A DNA stretch of 64,000 nucleotides from assembly GCA_035063585.1 (NCBI GenBank), contig JAPSGB010000017.1:1-64000 (forward strand). Reading direction: 5' to 3'. This document shows, in pieces, positions 62,765 to 64,000 of this stretch; position 1 is the first letter of the stretch, and the number at the start of each line of letters is the position of its first letter. The notes beneath the pieces are model-generated. The model was not told the origin of the DNA and made no database searches. It saw nothing but the letters and a program-made list of their open reading frames with translations. The translations under genes and the position numbers were made by a program. The DNA is from Polyangiaceae bacterium. GTDB taxonomy: Bacteria; Myxococcota_A; Polyangia; Polyangiales; Polyangiaceae.

Positions 62765-63993
62765 CGCCCGCCTCCATCCGCGCGCGCCGTCGCGACGACG
62801 AAGAGCGCGCGCCGCCCCGTCCACGTCCACGTCGAGTAGAGCCCGAGCCCGCCGGCGTCGTCCAACAGGCGGAGCAGCTCGCTCTCCGCGTAGAGCCGGC
62901 ACCGATCGCGCGAGACACAAGGCGTGGTCGCTGCACTCATGGTGGTGAAGTCACCCGCGGCGAGCGTGCGTACCCGATACTCGAGCGGAACGGTGAGCGA
63001 TGGAGCGTCGGGATTTGGCACGGCGCGCGTCGCGAGCGCGCTCCCGCGCTCCTCGGGCTGCCACGCTCCAAACCCGGACTCGAGCGACGGCGGCGACAGG
63101 GGCTTCGCCGGTGTCCCCGCGCCGGGCGACCAGAGCAGGAACTCCTCGCCAGCCGCGCCGGTCGCCTCGATCCAGAGCTCATCGGGGCTCGGGCCCACTC
63201 CGACGCCTCGGATCGAGCCGACCACCGGCCCCGGCGTGGCTGCCACCGCGCTCGCCACGTAGACGAGCCGGCCCTCTGACGTCTGCACCAGCGCCCTGAA
63301 CCCCTCGGCAGCGGACTCACCGACCCAGACGACCGAGCCCGCGTCGACCGACAGCGCCTCGCTCGCGACGACCTCCCCGCTCCCGTCGTCGATCCGACGG
63401 GACTCGATCTGGAGCTCCGCACCGATGAAGCGGCCCACCGTCAGGTGCTCGGCCGTGGCGGCGGCTCCGACGAGCTGGATGCGCGGGCACAGCTCCGGCG
63501 GCAGCACCCGGGTCACGAGCCCGCCAGCGCCCGTCAACGTGGTGGCGAGCGTCATCGAGCCGCCGAGAAAACACTCGAGTAGCACCGGGGAGCTCGCGTC
63601 GTTCACCGCGAAGACCTCGGTCGGCTCGTCGCGGGCCTCGGACAGGAGCGAGGGCGCGTCGGCCGCTCGAGCGACCCGGCGAGCGGCGCCGCTCGGCTCC
63701 ACCACGAAGAGCGCCTCGTCATGGGTGAGCTCGTCACGCCCCCGCGCCTGATAGCGAGCCTCGACCAGCCGGGCCCCATCGCGCGCGCGCGACACCTGTA
63801 CATCGAGAGTGGCGTCTGCTTCCTCCCACCAAGGCCACCAGCGGCTCACCTTGAGCGCCCCGGGGGCGAGGTTCTGCTCGACGTACACGCCGCCAATCAG
63901 CTCCTCGGACGCGACCTCGTCCGGAAAACTGAGCCCGCAGCCCGCACTCGCAGCCGCGCCGAGGAAGACCAGCCACGCGCCTACCCGTCTCAC
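62761..63993 (-). CDS. Hypothetical lipoprotein
   Basis: ASAGC lipobox; its stop overlaps the ATG of the next gene. Confidence 0.6.
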   Translation of the reverse strand: MRRVGAWLVFLGAAASAGCGLSFPDEVASEELIGGVYVEQNLAPGALKVSRWWPWWEEADATLDVQVSRARDGARLVEARYQARGRDELTHDEALFVVEPSGAARRVARAADAPSLLSEARDEPTEVFAVNDASSPVLLECFLGGSMTLATTLTGAGGLVTRVLPPELCPRIQLVGAAATAEHLTVGRFIGAELQIESRRIDDGSGEVVASEALSVDAGSVVWVGESAAEGFRALVQTSEGRLVYVASAVAATPGPVVGSIRGVGVGPSPDELWIEATGAAGEEFLLWSPGAGTPAKPLSPPSLESGFGAWQPEERGSALATRAVPNPDAPSLTVPLEYRVRTLAAGDFTTMSAATTPCVSRDRCRLYAESELLRLLDDAGGLGLYSTWTWTGRRALFVVATARADGGGR

Positions 63994-64000
63994 GTTCCCT

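Overview
Very GC-rich, densely coding chromosomal segment. It is most consistent with a myxobacterium (Polyangiaceae/Sorangium-like, inferred from the Cys-rich lipoproteins, PEGA and AgmX-like proteins and an isolated FliI/SctN ATPase). Housekeeping genes dominate: mpl, suhB, rpoH, rsmI, ffh, thiO, purM, purN, rsmD, truA, gltBD, trpE and dnaJ. The most unusual items are: (1) an 84-bp-period array at the left edge, made of a 54-bp palindromic-ended repeat and 30-nt spacers in A-B-B-A order, with no cas genes in view; (2) a SEC-C + helical/coiled-coil + RelE/HigB-like fusion protein divergent from rpoH; (3) a probable sphingolipid locus (serine palmitoyltransferase with an N-terminal extension, bacterial ceramide synthase, convergent SDR); (4) a 212-bp duplication of the dnaJ 3' end bracketing a small cargo, probably an integration scar; (5) a coupled DNA methyltransferase + small PD-(D/E)XK nuclease pair; (6) a hydrolase interrupted by an in-frame TGA before its likely catalytic His; (7) many -10-like hexamers 6-8 nt upstream of start codons, suggesting widespread leaderless mRNAs. 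All calls come from reading motifs by eye; no database searches were run.
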